A DNA stretch of 64,000 nt. Origin: Eledone cirrhosa (taxonomy: Eukaryota). The stretch lies in the NCBI GenBank assembly GCA_964016885.1, contig OZ024755.1, positions 31,992,001-32,056,000 on the forward strand, given 5' to 3'. The stretch's first letter is position 1. Every line of letters starts with the position of its first letter. The position numbers and the translations under genes are program-made. Under the pieces are notes generated by a model, which did no database searches, was not told the origin of the DNA, and was given only the letters and a program-made list of their open reading frames with translations. Below, one piece after another: positions 51,301 through 61,165 of the stretch.

Positions 51301-54300
51301 ACTAGATTGACTCAAAATAACTAATTTACTAGATTAACTCAAAATAACTAATTTACTAGATTGACTCAAAATAACTAATTTACTAGATTTACTCAAAATA
51401 ACTAATTTACTAGATTTACTCAAAATAACTAATTTACTAGATTTACTCAAAATAACTAATTTACTAGATTTACTCAAAATAACTAATTTACTAGATTTAC
51501 TCAAAATAACTAATTTACTAGATTTACTCAAACATGTTTTGGATTGTTTAGGACTTCTTGCATAGAAATCTATATACATATATTCTATGTATTGAAGTAA
51601 TACTAATAATAGTACTAGAAGTAATATTAGTAATAGCACTAGAAGTAATATTAGTAATAGCACTAGAAGTAATATTAGTAATAGTACTAGAAGTAATATT
51701 AGTAATAGTACTAGAAGTAATATTAGTAATAGTACTAGAAGTAATATTAGTAATAGTACTAGAAGTAATATTAGTAATAGTACTAGAAGTAATATTAGTA
51801 ATAGTACTAGAAGTAATATTAGTAATAGTACTAGAAGTAATATTAGTAATAGTACTAGAAGTAATATTAGTAATAGTACTAGAAGTAATATTAGTAATAG
51901 TATTACCAGTAATATTAGTAATAGTACTAGAAGTAATATTAGTAATAGTACTAGAAGTAATATTAGTAATAGTACTAGAAGTAATATTAGTAATAGCACT
52001 AGAAGTAATATTAGTAATAGTACTAGAAGTAATATTAGTAATAGTACTAGAAGTAATATTAGTAATAGTACTAGAAGTAATATTAGTAATAGCACTAGAA
52101 GTAATATTAGTAATAGTACTAGAAGTAATATTAGTAATAGTACTAGAAGTAATATTAGTAATAGTACTAGAAGTAATATTAGTAATAGTACTAGAAGTAA
52201 TATTAGTAATAGTACTAGAAGTAATATTAGTAATAGTACTAGAAGTAATATTAGTAATAGTACTAGAAGTAATATTAGTAATAGTACTAGAAGTAATATT
52301 AGTAATAGTACTAGAAGTAATATTAGTAATAGTACTAGAAGTAATATTAGTAATAGTACTAGAAGTAATATTAGTAATAGTACTAGAAGTAATATTAGTA
52401 ATAGTACTAGAAGTAATATTAGTAATAGCACTAGAAGTAATATTAGTAATAGCACTAGAAGTAATATTAGTAATAGCACTAGAAGTAATATTAGTAATAG
52501 TACTAGAAGTAATATTAGTAATAGTACTAGAAGTAATATTAGTAATAGTACTAGAAGTAATATTAGTAATAGTACTAGAAGTAATATTAGTAATAGTACT
52601 AGAAGTAATATTAGTAATAGTACTAGAAGTAATATTAGTAATAGTATTAGAAGTAAAATTAGTAATAGTACTAGAAGTAATATTAGTAATAGTACTAAAA
52701 TGCTAGAAGTAATAATAGCAATAGTATTACCAGTAATATTAGTAATAGTACTACCAGTAATATTAGCAATAGTACTAGAAGTAGAGCCAAGCTCATAGAT
52801 GTTATCCAACCATCTTGCTCGGGGTCTACCCTTGGGTCTCCTACCAGTTGGTTTCACTCGTAAAATCTGTCCAGCGATTCTTTCCTGAGACATTCTAACC
52901 ACATGTCCATTGTATCGGAGCTGTGATCTCTCAATTCGGAGAAGTAGCAGCTCTACCTGGAGTGTCTCTTTGATCGCCAAGCTACACACTCTATGGAGTA
53001 ATGTTACTCCAAAGACCCTTCAGAGGAACCCCATTTCGGGCGCTTGTATTTGTGATTTCTTAATTCACTCTTACAGGAAAAATCCCCTCACTGTCCCCTA
53101 AGCTTTAACCCTCTAGCATTCACATTACTCTATATATACTATTATATTTTCAAAGAAAAGGCTTTATCTCACATAATATCAAATCTATAAGATTTTGATA
53201 TTATTTATTTTGAGAACAATACATTAATGTCAGTATGAGCAGCCAGTTAAACCAGTTTTACAGCCAGGGTTAATTAATATTTCTCATTCTTCCAGTCTAA
53301 GATACTTGATGGTTTTGCTATATGTCATTTCATTTCAACATTTTCCTTTCTCTCTCTCAATTTCTATGTTATTGAATTATATTGATTACCTTTGATTTTC
53401 TTTGATTTTCACAGTCTGGACTGACTGACAAAAGGGCGTGTCTCCTTATAGCTGAAATGAGTTCAGCAGGTAGTTTAGCAACAGGAGTCTATACCGAAAG
53501 TAAGTTGGTTTTCTTTCAATTATTTTTCTTAACTATTAACATCCTGTACCACATCAAACCACATTAGCAAGACATTTGTTTGTGACGGGTACAAAACAGC
53601 ATTGTGACTGCATCACATTAAAAATTAACCCTTTAGAATTTAAACCAGCAATATCCAGCCAGAATTCTCTTACCTCTATCTGTTCAAACCGGCTATAACC
53701 GGCTGCTCATACTGACATTAATCGTTTAGCATTTAAGCCGGCCATATCCGGCCAGAATTCCCTCACCCCTTTCTGTTCAAACCGGCCATAACTATCCCCT
53801 CATACTGATGTTAAGGTATTGTTCTCAAAATAAATAATATCAAAATCTCATAGATTCGATATTATGTGAGGTAAAGTGTTTACCATGAAAATATAATAGT
53901 AAATATAGAGGAATCATCATCATCATCATCATCATCAACGTTTAACGTCCGTGTTCCACGCTTGCATGGGTTTGGACGGGGGTAGTCCCACTTGAGGCAA
54001 GAGTGATTGTCTTGCTCGCATAGGACTGTCTGGCAGGTTTTCTACAGTTGGATGCCCTTCCTAACACCAACCACATTTACAGTGTGGGGCTGGGAGGTTT
54101 TTACCGTGTTGCCTACACGGCCACATTACAGCGTGGACTGTGTGTTTTTTTGTCGTGACACCTACACGATCTCATTTGTTTCGGCCTGGATGGCGCGGCA
54201 CCAACATAACTTTACATAGAGCGGGGTGGTGTGGATGGGGTGGGGGTGGTGGGGGTGGGACGGGGTGTATTTTGTTAGAGATGCCTACTGGCTGGAGTAG

Positions 54301-57300
54301 GTTTTACTATATATTTAGGTAAGGCGGGTCTTCTCTGTTACTGAGTACCGCCAAAGGTCTCGGTCCAGTGACATTGTCTTGGAGAGGTGTAAGTGTGTGA
54401 TGTCGGAGTTTATCAGCTCGTCCCAGGTTTTTCTAGGTCTGCCTATTCTGTGACTACCGTCTATCTTTATTGCCCTGCACTTTGTTATAGGAATGTGTAT
54501 GCTAAAGGGTTTTGGTATTGTTCTCAAAATAAATAATATCAAAATCTTGTAGATTTGGTATCATGTGAAATAATTATGTAGATAAAGTGTTTACCATGTA
54601 AATACAATTGTAAATATAGAGTAATGTAAATGCTAAAGGGTTATGGTCTTTATCTTAGTTTACAGGAAATGTTCACAACAATCTGTCTACTAGTAAATAT
54701 ACTATAAACATTTGAATTAACAAACCTGTTTTTAGATATTTTCTACTAAATCATTACATAATATTAAGAGTTAATTGCTATATCTGCTCACCATAGGATA
54801 GTTGAACAAAGAATTCAATGTTTTTTTTCTTTTTGCAGGTACGATTAAAATGGCTGAGGAGCACAGTGATTTTGTAATAGGATTTATTTGTCAGAAAAAA
54901 CTAACTTCAGACCCAAAATTTATTCACATGACTCCAGGTAAGTAACAAATGCTAATAAGACTTTTTGTACTGCTGTTTGTTGTCTCCTTCAACTATATAT
55001 ATATATAGTGACGAAACATAAGTCAATTGCATGAACTCATAATCCTTTATTTACTGCTATATATATTTCGATGATAGCCATTGAATGGCTATGACCTCAT
55101 CAGGCAGTTAGTCAGTTCTTAGATATGCCAGCTCTGTGTGTATAGTGTTGATGGTATCAGAGCCTTGGGACATATGAGCTTGTTAGAAATATTTTGATGT
55201 TGTCAGCAGGAATAGTCTTGATGCTCATTGGTCATTTTGTAGATGGTAGTAGGTTGGTATTTGACCTCAAAGAGGCAGGTGGTTCTGTAGGGTTCAAACC
55301 ATCAGGCAAGATGACAATAGTTCCACATGACTGATTTTTATATATATATATATATAGACGGTAGCCACGGAATAGGCAGACCTAGAAAAACCTGGGATGA
55401 GCTGATAAGCTCCGACCTCACACACTTACACCTCTCCAAGACAATGTCACTGGACCGAGACCTTTGGCGGTACTCAGTAACAGAGAAGACCCGCCTTGCC
55501 AGTAGGCATCTCTAACAAAATACACCCCCCCCCCCCCGCCCCCCCCCCCCCCCCCATCCACACCACCCCCACCCCATCCACACCACCCCGTCCTATGTAA
55601 AGTTATGTTGGTGCCGCGCCATCCAGGCCGAAACAAATGAGATCGTGTAGGTGTCACGACAAAAAAACACACAGTCCACGCTGTAATGTGGCCGTGTAGG
55701 CAACACGGTAAAAACCTCCCAGTCCCACACTGTAAATGTGGTTGGTGTTAGGAAGGGCATCCAACTGTAGAAAACCTGCCAGACAGTCCTATGCGAGCAA
55801 GACAATCACTCTTGCCTCAAGTGGGAATACCCCCGTCCAAACCCATGCAAGCGTGGAACACGGACGTTAAACGTTGATGATGATGATGATATATATAACC
55901 CATGCTAGCATGGAAAAATGGATGTTGAACGGTGATAATGATGATATGTGTAATATATAGGAAAATAATTGTTTCTACTTTAGGCACAAGGCCAGCAATT
56001 ACCCAGTGCATTACTGGTACTTTGTTTTATCGACCCCGTAAGGATGAAAGCCAAAGTTAACCTTGGCGGGATTTGAACTCGGACCATAAAGGGACGTAAC
56101 TATGCTAGAAAGCCTGGCGTCCAACCCCCTACCGATACTGCCAATTCACCAAGGGTACAAACCGAAGCTGAAGCATATAGACAATATTCCCCCACCCCCT
56201 CACGCTGCAAAGTGGACGTGGAGGTGTGTCACGGCAAAAAAAGCACCCAGCCACACTGTAAGGTGGTCATGTAGGTGCCACGGTAAAAAAGCACCCAGCA
56301 CTCACTGTAGATGAGGTTGGTGTTAGGAAGGGCATCCAGCTGTAGAAATCAAGCCAGAATCAATTCCCGTATGAGCAAGACATGGTCAGCCGACCTAACA
56401 TTGCCCACAACAGGACCACCTGTCTAACCCATGCTAACGTGGAATAATGGACGTAGAACGGTGATGATGATGATGATGAATAAGGATTTTTAATTTTAGG
56501 CACAAGGCCAACAATTTGTGCAAATAGGAAAGTCTATTACATCTACCTCAGTATGTGACTGGTACTTTATTTTATTGACACCGGAAAGATAAAAGGCGAA
56601 GTTAACCATGGCTGGATTTGAACTCAGAATGTAAAGGGCTCTAATTAAATATTACAAATCATTTTGGCCAACAATGTAATGGTTCTGCCAATCTTCCATC
56701 TTTATATAGGAAAATTGTACTAAAATTCAGTAGTACTTCATGTATAATGAATATGTGCATACATAGATGCGCATGAAAGACGACAGCTGTATAAAAAAGT
56801 GCAGGGCTATCAAAATAGACAGTAGCCACGGAGTAGGCAGACCCAGAAAAACCTGGGACGACTTGATAAATTCCGACCTCACACACTTACACCTCTCCAA
56901 GATAATGTCACTGGACCGAGATCTTTGGCGCTACGCAGTAATACAGAAGACCCGCCTTGCCTAAGTGCAAAGCGAAACCTACAGTCAGTAGGCACCTCTT
57001 ACCAAAATACATCCCTGTCCCACTACTCCCACCCCATCCACACCACCCCCTTCGATGTAAAGTTATGTTGGTACCACAACATCCAGTCCTAAATAAATGA
57101 GGTCATGTAGGTGTCACGACGAAAAAACACACAGTCCACGCTGTAATGTGGCCGTGTAGGTAACACGGTAAAAACCTCCCAGTTCACACTGTAAACGTGT
57201 TTGGTGTTAAGAAGGGCATCCAGCCGTAGAAAACCCGCCAGACAGTCCTATACAAGCAAGACAACCAATCTTGCCTCAAGTGGGAAAATTCCCGTCCAAA

Positions 57301-58152
57301 CCCATGCTAGTGTGGAAGATGGACGTTAAACGATGATGATGATGATGATATACATGCATACATATACATGCATACTGTGGTAACATACTGTGGTAACATA
57401 TGTGTTAATAAATGAGCCTAAAAAATAATGTGTGTACTAGTATATGCAATATGTATTTGTGTATGTATGTAGAGATTACAAATGATTAACGATTGGCAAC
57501 TTGCAGTACTGGAGATGACCCACCTGTCAGTGTAAAACAAGTTGCTGAATTTGCTCCTAGTAACCCCACCATTTCCTCTTTCTCTGCTATAGTATCTGCT
57601 ACACTGTAGAAGCTATGCCCCAAACCAAAAGGTATGTAAGCAACATGTGGCCGCTGACTTAGCCAGTGATGCCCTGTTCAACTCTTGCTTGCTCTCTTCT
57701 GCTTTCTTACCACATTTCTGAATCAATGTAGCTTGTTACTCTCATATTTCTCTCTCCACTGAGGTTAGCTTTGCCTTTCATCCTTACTGATCATACCAGT
57801 AATGCACTGGGGTCAATTTAATCGACTTTCCCTTCCCCAAAAATTTACTGTCCTTGTGCCTATCCTATAAATAATTATATCATTGAGGCACAAATTTCAC
57901 TTTGATAAATTGGTTTCAAATTTTTTTTTTTTTTTTTTTTTTAATTTTTTTTTTGTCTCTGAAGGTGTCCGAATGTCTGTGGGAAAAGATGACCTTGGGC
58001 AACAATACCTGACACCTGAGAAAGCTATTTGTGAACATGGTTCCGATGCAATAATTGTTGGTCGTGGAATTATTGAAGACCCTAACCCTGTAGCAACAGC
58101 AAAGAATTTTCAGAAAGCAGCATATGCTGCCTATGAAAGCCGACTACAATAA
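23686..58152 (+). CDS. UMPS: UMP synthase (orotate phosphoribosyltransferase + OMP decarboxylase), 11 coding exons, 480 aa
   Basis: Manual splicing of exons 144+99+162+104+166+132+134+130+85+99+188 = 1443 nt gives an open frame with GT-AG introns. OPRT motifs [38 protein letters not shown]; ODC motifs [40 protein letters not shown]. Confidence 0.96.
26330..26927. repeat. 36-40-bp minisatellite, interrupted by a SINE fragment
   Basis: Unit TCAACTGCCATTAAAATATAGACACACACCAATGTCTCTG. Confidence 0.9.
27490..27870 (-). mobile_element. L2-like LINE ORF2 fragment
   Basis: [13 protein letters not shown]...ELNPI...[13 protein letters not shown]. Confidence 0.55.
28115..28695 (+). mobile_element. RTE-like LINE 3' end with degenerate C2H2 finger(s)
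   Basis: PKMRYKD...[13 protein letters not shown]...C...[12 protein letters not shown]. Confidence 0.7.
28745..29735 (-). mobile_element. Penelope-like retroelement RT fragment (YRDD type)
   Basis: [50 protein letters not shown]...SCHPP. Confidence 0.85.
30534..30914 (+). mobile_element. tRNA-derived SINE family A, full-length copy (others: 1-265 partial, 11716-12040 variant, 26000-26308, 39918-40255, 41356-41675, 47584-47920; related subtype at 31300-31568 and 6160-6410 minus)
   Basis: A box TGGCTTAGTGG, B box GTTCAATTC, central CCTTGAGCAAGACACTT, RTE-derived tail ending in (GAT)n. Confidence 0.88.
31595..31820. mobile_element. Palindromic element: Tigger-like TIRs enclosing two inverted RTE 3' ends
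   Basis: TA-CAGTGGAACCT...AGGTTCCACTG-TA; both interior arms match the RTE tail at 32360-32470. Confidence 0.75.
31885..31983 (+). CDS. UMPS: UMPS exon 2 (KQVSEML...[13 protein letters not shown])
   Basis: TTGTAG acceptor, GTAAGT donor, phase 0/0, conserved [12 protein letters not shown]. Confidence 0.94.
32358..33050 (-). mobile_element. RTE LINE 3'-end fragments with (GAA)n tail, interleaved with a Tc1/mariner-type transposase scrap
   Basis: [29 protein letters not shown]; FFLWG...[13 protein letters not shown] near 32740-32835. Confidence 0.7.
33859..34020 (+). CDS. UMPS: UMPS exon 3 ([24 protein letters not shown]...[18 protein letters not shown])
   Basis: TTTCTCAG acceptor, GTATTT donor, PRPP-binding motif. 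Confidence 0.94.
34053..34245 (+). mobile_element. tRNA-derived SINE family B (others near 1510, 24470, 34260, 39460-39770, 41055, 41920, 42340, 48945, 55965, 56490, 59400)
   Basis: GGCGGTGGATTGGCAG head, GAGTTCAAATCC B box, conserved GCCTTTCATCCTTACGGGGTCGATAAAA core. Confidence 0.85.
34620..34990. repeat. 44-bp tandem repeat, about 8 copies, inside a TTAA MITE starting near 34510
   Basis: GTTTGAACAG recurs at 34762 and 34806. Confidence 0.9.
35415..36740 (-). mobile_element. Degenerate Penelope-like element (YVDD RT plus C-terminal GIY-YIG endonuclease)
   Basis: [28 protein letters not shown]; [15 protein letters not shown]...LDIRIKE once the inserted MITE is removed. Confidence 0.78.
35510..35710. 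mobile_element. hAT MITE
   Basis: CAGGCATGTCAAAC / GTTTGACATGCTTG TIRs, perfect 8-bp TSD TTATAGAC. Confidence 0.9.
36839..36942 (+). CDS. UMPS: UMPS exon 4 ([21 protein letters not shown]...)
   Basis: TTGTTAG acceptor, GTAAGT donor, phase 0/2, REQG motif. Confidence 0.93.
37619..37860 (+). mobile_element. Helitron-like non-autonomous 5' fragment
   Basis: TCTATATATATAAAA start, GTCTG repeats, ACCGATTT motifs. Confidence 0.4.
37940..39198 (+). mobile_element. Degenerate RTE-clade LINE (RT with YADD, PHD-like finger, (GAT)n tail)
   Basis: FDRVP, GSVLSP, YADDL, NLAKTK, YLG, HGSETW-like, RPRKTW; contains stops and frameshifts. Confidence 0.9.
39275..39410. repeat. 23-bp tandem repeat, about 6 copies
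   Basis: Unit GTTGCTATTTCATGTTTCTTATT. Confidence 0.9.
40418..40583 (+). CDS. UMPS: UMPS exon 5 (end of OPRT and linker; [11 protein letters not shown]...DQHLKQ)
   Basis: Pyrimidine tract with AAG acceptor, GTATAG donor; phase 2/0 fits both neighbours; open frame. Confidence 0.86.
42171..42302 (+). CDS. UMPS: UMPS exon 6 (ALDFQKRA...[16 protein letters not shown]...LE)
   Basis: TTTTACAG acceptor, GTAAGG donor, ODC N-terminus. Confidence 0.94.
42631..46607. repeat. 40-bp satellite, about 99 copies, with higher-order structure (UMPS intron 6)
   Basis: Unit ATGTTAAATACACAGCAACAACCTCCCTAGTGCTGGTGCC. Confidence 0.97.
47045..47559 (-). mobile_element. Mariner transposon 5' fragment (TIR plus HTH DNA-binding domain)
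   Basis: TA-TTGGGTTGG TIR; [11 protein letters not shown]...GRGRP...[16 protein letters not shown]. Confidence 0.88.
47967..48100 (+). CDS. UMPS: UMPS exon 7 ([18 protein letters not shown]...FILFEDR)
   Basis: TTTCAG acceptor, GTATGA donor, phase 0/2. Confidence 0.94.
48309..48747 (+). mobile_element. LTR of an LTR retrotransposon, followed by a tRNA-Trp PBS
   Basis: Starts TGTAG, has AATAAA near 48640, is followed by TGGTGACCCCGACGTGAT, and is inserted in a MITE with AAGTC duplicated. Confidence 0.7.
48749..48787 (-). pseudogene. Reverse-transcribed 3' half of mature tRNA-Trp(CCA), including the CCA tail
   Basis: Minus strand ATCAGAAGGCTGCGTGTTCAAATCACGTCGGGGTCA-CCA matches metazoan tRNA-Trp positions 38-76 as I recall them. 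Confidence 0.85.
50180..51025. repeat. 48-bp minisatellite, about 17 copies, diverged variant of the same module
   Basis: Unit CTGGGAGCATTTTGTCATGACTCCAGCACTACCATTTTACAGGGTGGA. Confidence 0.94.
51108..51237 (+). CDS. UMPS: UMPS exon 8 (KFSDIGATV...[16 protein letters not shown])
   Basis: TTCTAG acceptor, GTAAGT donor; completes the catalytic D-x-K-x-x-D motif. Confidence 0.94.
51285..51531. repeat. 27-bp tandem repeat, about 9 copies
   Basis: Unit TTACTAGATTTACTCAAAATAACTAAT. Confidence 0.93.
51594..52783. repeat. 24-bp tandem repeat, about 49 copies
   Basis: Unit GAAGTAATATTAGTAATAGTACTA. Confidence 0.96.
52785..53050 (-). mobile_element. RTE LINE 3' coding fragment
   Basis: [15 protein letters not shown]...[16 protein letters not shown]. 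Confidence 0.8.
53415..53499 (+). CDS. UMPS: UMPS exon 9 ([28 protein letters not shown])
   Basis: TTCACAG acceptor, GTAAGT donor, phase 0/1. Confidence 0.94.
53913..54483 (-). mobile_element. RTE LINE 3' end, inverted partner of 55354-55890
   Basis: [11 protein letters not shown]...KTRL, 3' UTR and (GAT)n tail. Confidence 0.85.
54839..54937 (+). CDS. UMPS: UMPS exon 10 ([18 protein letters not shown]...HMTPG)
   Basis: TTTTGCAG acceptor, GTAAGT donor, phase 1/1. Confidence 0.94.
55005..55340 (-). mobile_element. Penelope-like terminal repeat remnant carrying the hammerhead, between (TA)n tracts
   Basis: Hammerhead followed by AATAAA; TA repeats on both sides. Confidence 0.55.
55053..55108 (-). 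ncRNA. Minimal type-I hammerhead ribozyme (Penelope pLTR type)
   Basis: Minus strand reads ACTGC-CTGATGA-[G GTC ATAGCCATT C AATGGCTAT CAT C]-GAAA-TATATA-TA-GCAGT: intact core boxes, stem I ACTGC/GCAGT, long stem II, palindromic stem III. Confidence 0.8.
55354..55890 (+). mobile_element. RTE LINE 3' end (another copy at 56765-57348)
   Basis: [11 protein letters not shown]...KTRL, 3' UTR and (GAT)n tail. Confidence 0.85.
57965..58152 (+). CDS. UMPS: UMPS exon 11 ([17 protein letters not shown]...IIVGRGII...YESRLQ*)
   Basis: Long T tract with AAG acceptor, ODC C-terminal motifs, TAA stop. Confidence 0.94.
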
Positions 58153-58209
58153 TCCAGTTATCAACTTCATAAACAACTCTTCATTAGACTTTATCATTAC
58201 CATATTTAT

Positions 58210-58215
58210 AATAAA
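58210..58215 (+). terminator. Candidate proximal polyadenylation signal AATAAA (a distal candidate lies at 58728-58733)
   Basis: First AATAAA after the stop codon; the distal one is followed by T/GT-rich sequence. Confidence 0.4.
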
Positions 58216-59359
58216 TGGCACTACCTATGGCTTTTAAATAATGTTGAAAATAATCAAGAATTTTTAGGGTTTAGTTATATAACTAGCTTTCTCATTATTG
58301 AGCTGGTGTTTGGAGCCTAACTTAAATTCTTACATAAAGTTATGATAGAAGGTTATTAGATAAATATAAACACTTTAAACCTTTAGCATTTGAACTGGCC
58401 ATATCTGGCTAGAATTCTCTCACCTCTTTCTGTTCAAACCAGCCATAACCTACCTCTAATACTGATGTAAAAGTATTGTTCTCAAAATAAATAATATCAA
58501 AATCTCATAAATTTGGTATTATGTGAGGTAAAGCCTTTACCGTGAAAATGCAATAGTATATATAGAGTTATGTAAATGCTAAAGGGTTAACACAAATAGT
58601 TTTGTTTCGTAGAACAAGGAACGGGTGTAGGCAGTTTGGTATCAAATGGATTAATGGAGTTGCAATATTTCTTCCATCACTAAGCATGTTAGTAACATTG
58701 AAACATACTAAAACTTGGTTATGCAAAAATAAAGGATATGCTTTTCCATGATAATCAAAGAATATTTTATACAGTTTATTGTTTATTTCCTTGAAAGTAT
58801 ATATGATTCTGTTTATATTTATTTATTTAGTTATTTATGCTGATATTAGTAGACCTGTAAACACTCCCCATCTGATGGGGAGATCTCCCACCCACTTTGG
58901 GGTGGGTGAGAGTATCTTCTCTTGTGAAAAGGGTATAGCTTTCATTATGTAAAATCTTCCCATTCTGCCTCATTTCTCTCTGTTTTGGGGCACTTTTTTC
59001 CATGGTACTCCCCGTTTGGGTTTTTAGAGGTTGGCAAGTCGGTATTAGATATATTGTAATTTGTCGACTTTCTGTAATCTCAACAAAGCTTAACAAATTT
59101 ATTACACTGCACATGTTCATGGTCAATTTTTCTTTGTGCTTAAATTTTCAGAATTGACAAATATATTTGTTGTTCTATTAGATGTTGTAATGTCAAAAGA
59201 CACGACAGCTCTGCACTCAATATGACCGTACGTAAGAAGGATGCAGCCCCCTCAGCCTGTCTGGAAGGTCAGTTGCCTCACTTCAGTACTGACTTGGTTT
59301 ATGTAAACCTGTCCAGCCCTTGCTAGCAGGAAAAGCGGGCATTAAATGATGATGATTAT

Positions 59360-59396
<37 letters not shown>

Positions 59397-59719
59397 TTAC
59401 GATCTGAGTTCAAATCCCACCGAGGTTGACTTTGCCTTTCATCCTTACGGGGTCGATAAAATAAAGTACTAGTGATGCACTGGGTAATTGCTGGCCTTGT
59501 GCCTAAAGTAGAAACAATTATATATATATATATATATATTCAATGTGCTGGGTATGACATTAAACTACATCCAGTGGCAAGGCTCCAGTTCGGGAGTTCA
59601 GGAGCTGTGGGGAATGTAAAGTTACCCCTTAATTGTCATAACTCCCAGGTCTGCTCTGGCCCAGAGTAGTAGTACCTCTTAGGGCCCCATTTATGGGTTA
59701 AATAATTACCTTATTCGAG

Positions 59720-60350
59720 TGGCGCGAGTAAGGTATTATCAGCCACTGAAAAGAACCATGGAGAGTGGATTTAACAGCACTAGGGTTAGAGCCCCTAACT
59801 ACACTGTCAAGGAGCAGTCTGGTCGTTATTACACTGCTGGTTTAGAGTCACAGGGAGGGCCGGTGGATGATGGATCCGCTGTCTCTGAGACAAATATAAA
59901 GAATGCAGAAGAGCCATTAAAATGGGCACTCTGAATGTGAGGACTGTTCAGACACTGGAGAAGAGAGAGGAGTTGGGTCATCTGTTCGAGGAGAGTGGTA
60001 TACAGATACTTGCAATCCAAGAACACAGGATCCTACACGATGAGCCCGTGAGGAGTGTGATGATTGGGAAGAGGAGCCAGCTCATCACCACATCAGCAGT
60101 GAAGAACATGACAAATGCTGCAGTAGGAGGAGTGGGTTTTGTTTTCAGTGTAAAAACCAATCTATTGGTGAGAGAAATCATACCTGTCTCCCCCCGCGCA
60201 AGTGTTGAGGGTGACCTTCAATGGAAACCCAAGACTGACAGTCATCTCAGCCTATAGTCCAACCAAGGGAGACAGTGATGTGAGTGCGGAGGAGTTCCAT
60301 GAGGAGGTGTGTAGAGCTGTCAACACAACACAAGAGCTCCTGCATGGACA
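59720..60350 (+). mobile_element. LINE (RTE-like) APE endonuclease 5' fragment
   Basis: GTLNVRT, ILAIQEHR, GGVGF, TVISAYSPT. Confidence 0.8.
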
Positions 60351-60367
60351 CACACACAAAAGGTAGA

Positions 60368-60639
60368 AAGAAGTTCTGTCTTTAGGCAAATTACACAAAG
60401 AAGTTCTGTCTTTAGGCAAATTACACAAAGAAGTTCTGTCTTTAGGCAAATTACACAAAGAAGTTCTGTCTTTAGGCAAATTACACAAAGAAGTTCTGTC
60501 TTTAGGCAAATTACACAAAGAAGTTCTGTCTTTAGGCAAATTACACAAAGAAGTTCTGTCTTTAGGCAAATTACACAAAGAAGTTCTGTCTTTAGGCAAA
60601 TTACACAAAGAAGTTCTGTCTTTAGGAAAATTACACAAA
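60368..60639 (+). repeat. 30-bp tandem repeat, 9 copies
   Basis: Unit AAGAAGTTCTGTCTTTAGGCAAATTACACA. Confidence 0.95.
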
Positions 60640-61165
60640 TATAGATGAAGAATCCCAAGTATGTCAACTGTCAAAGAAGGGAGAAAATGGTGCATGAGGG
60701 CTTAGCGAAAAGAGAAAAAAAATATAAAAAGGAGAGAAATAGTAAAACATGAAAATATGGACTGTAATCCAATGTGAAGACAAAGAAGAATGACACTGAG
60801 GCATAGAAAAGGTAAGGAGGGAGAATAGAGGAACACAGACTGAGTGATCTGATGTCTATTATATGATAGCTTCAAAAAATTAATAAAAATTATGGGTGAA
60901 GACAGGAAATTGAACAAATAAAGTTGATCGCTAGAGATATGTTGTTTCACTATTTAAGATTGATACAACTGGCTGTAGTGCACAGTAAACAAATGGAGAA
61001 AGGACAAGATGAAAATTATATTTGTAATGTTATAATATATGTATATAATATAAAGTGTTTATCTTGTAGTTGCCTGCGTTAAATTATTTTGTTTTTTTGT
61101 TTTTTTAATGTAATTAAGTAAGAAAGTTATTATTAATTACATTTTAAATGATCAATGTGACATTA

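Noticed and set aside
50128-52989. ORFs of 301, 248, 551 and 382 aa resembling repeat or membrane proteins
   Set aside because: They are 48-, 27- and 24-bp tandem repeats in UMPS introns, open only because the unit lengths are multiples of 3.
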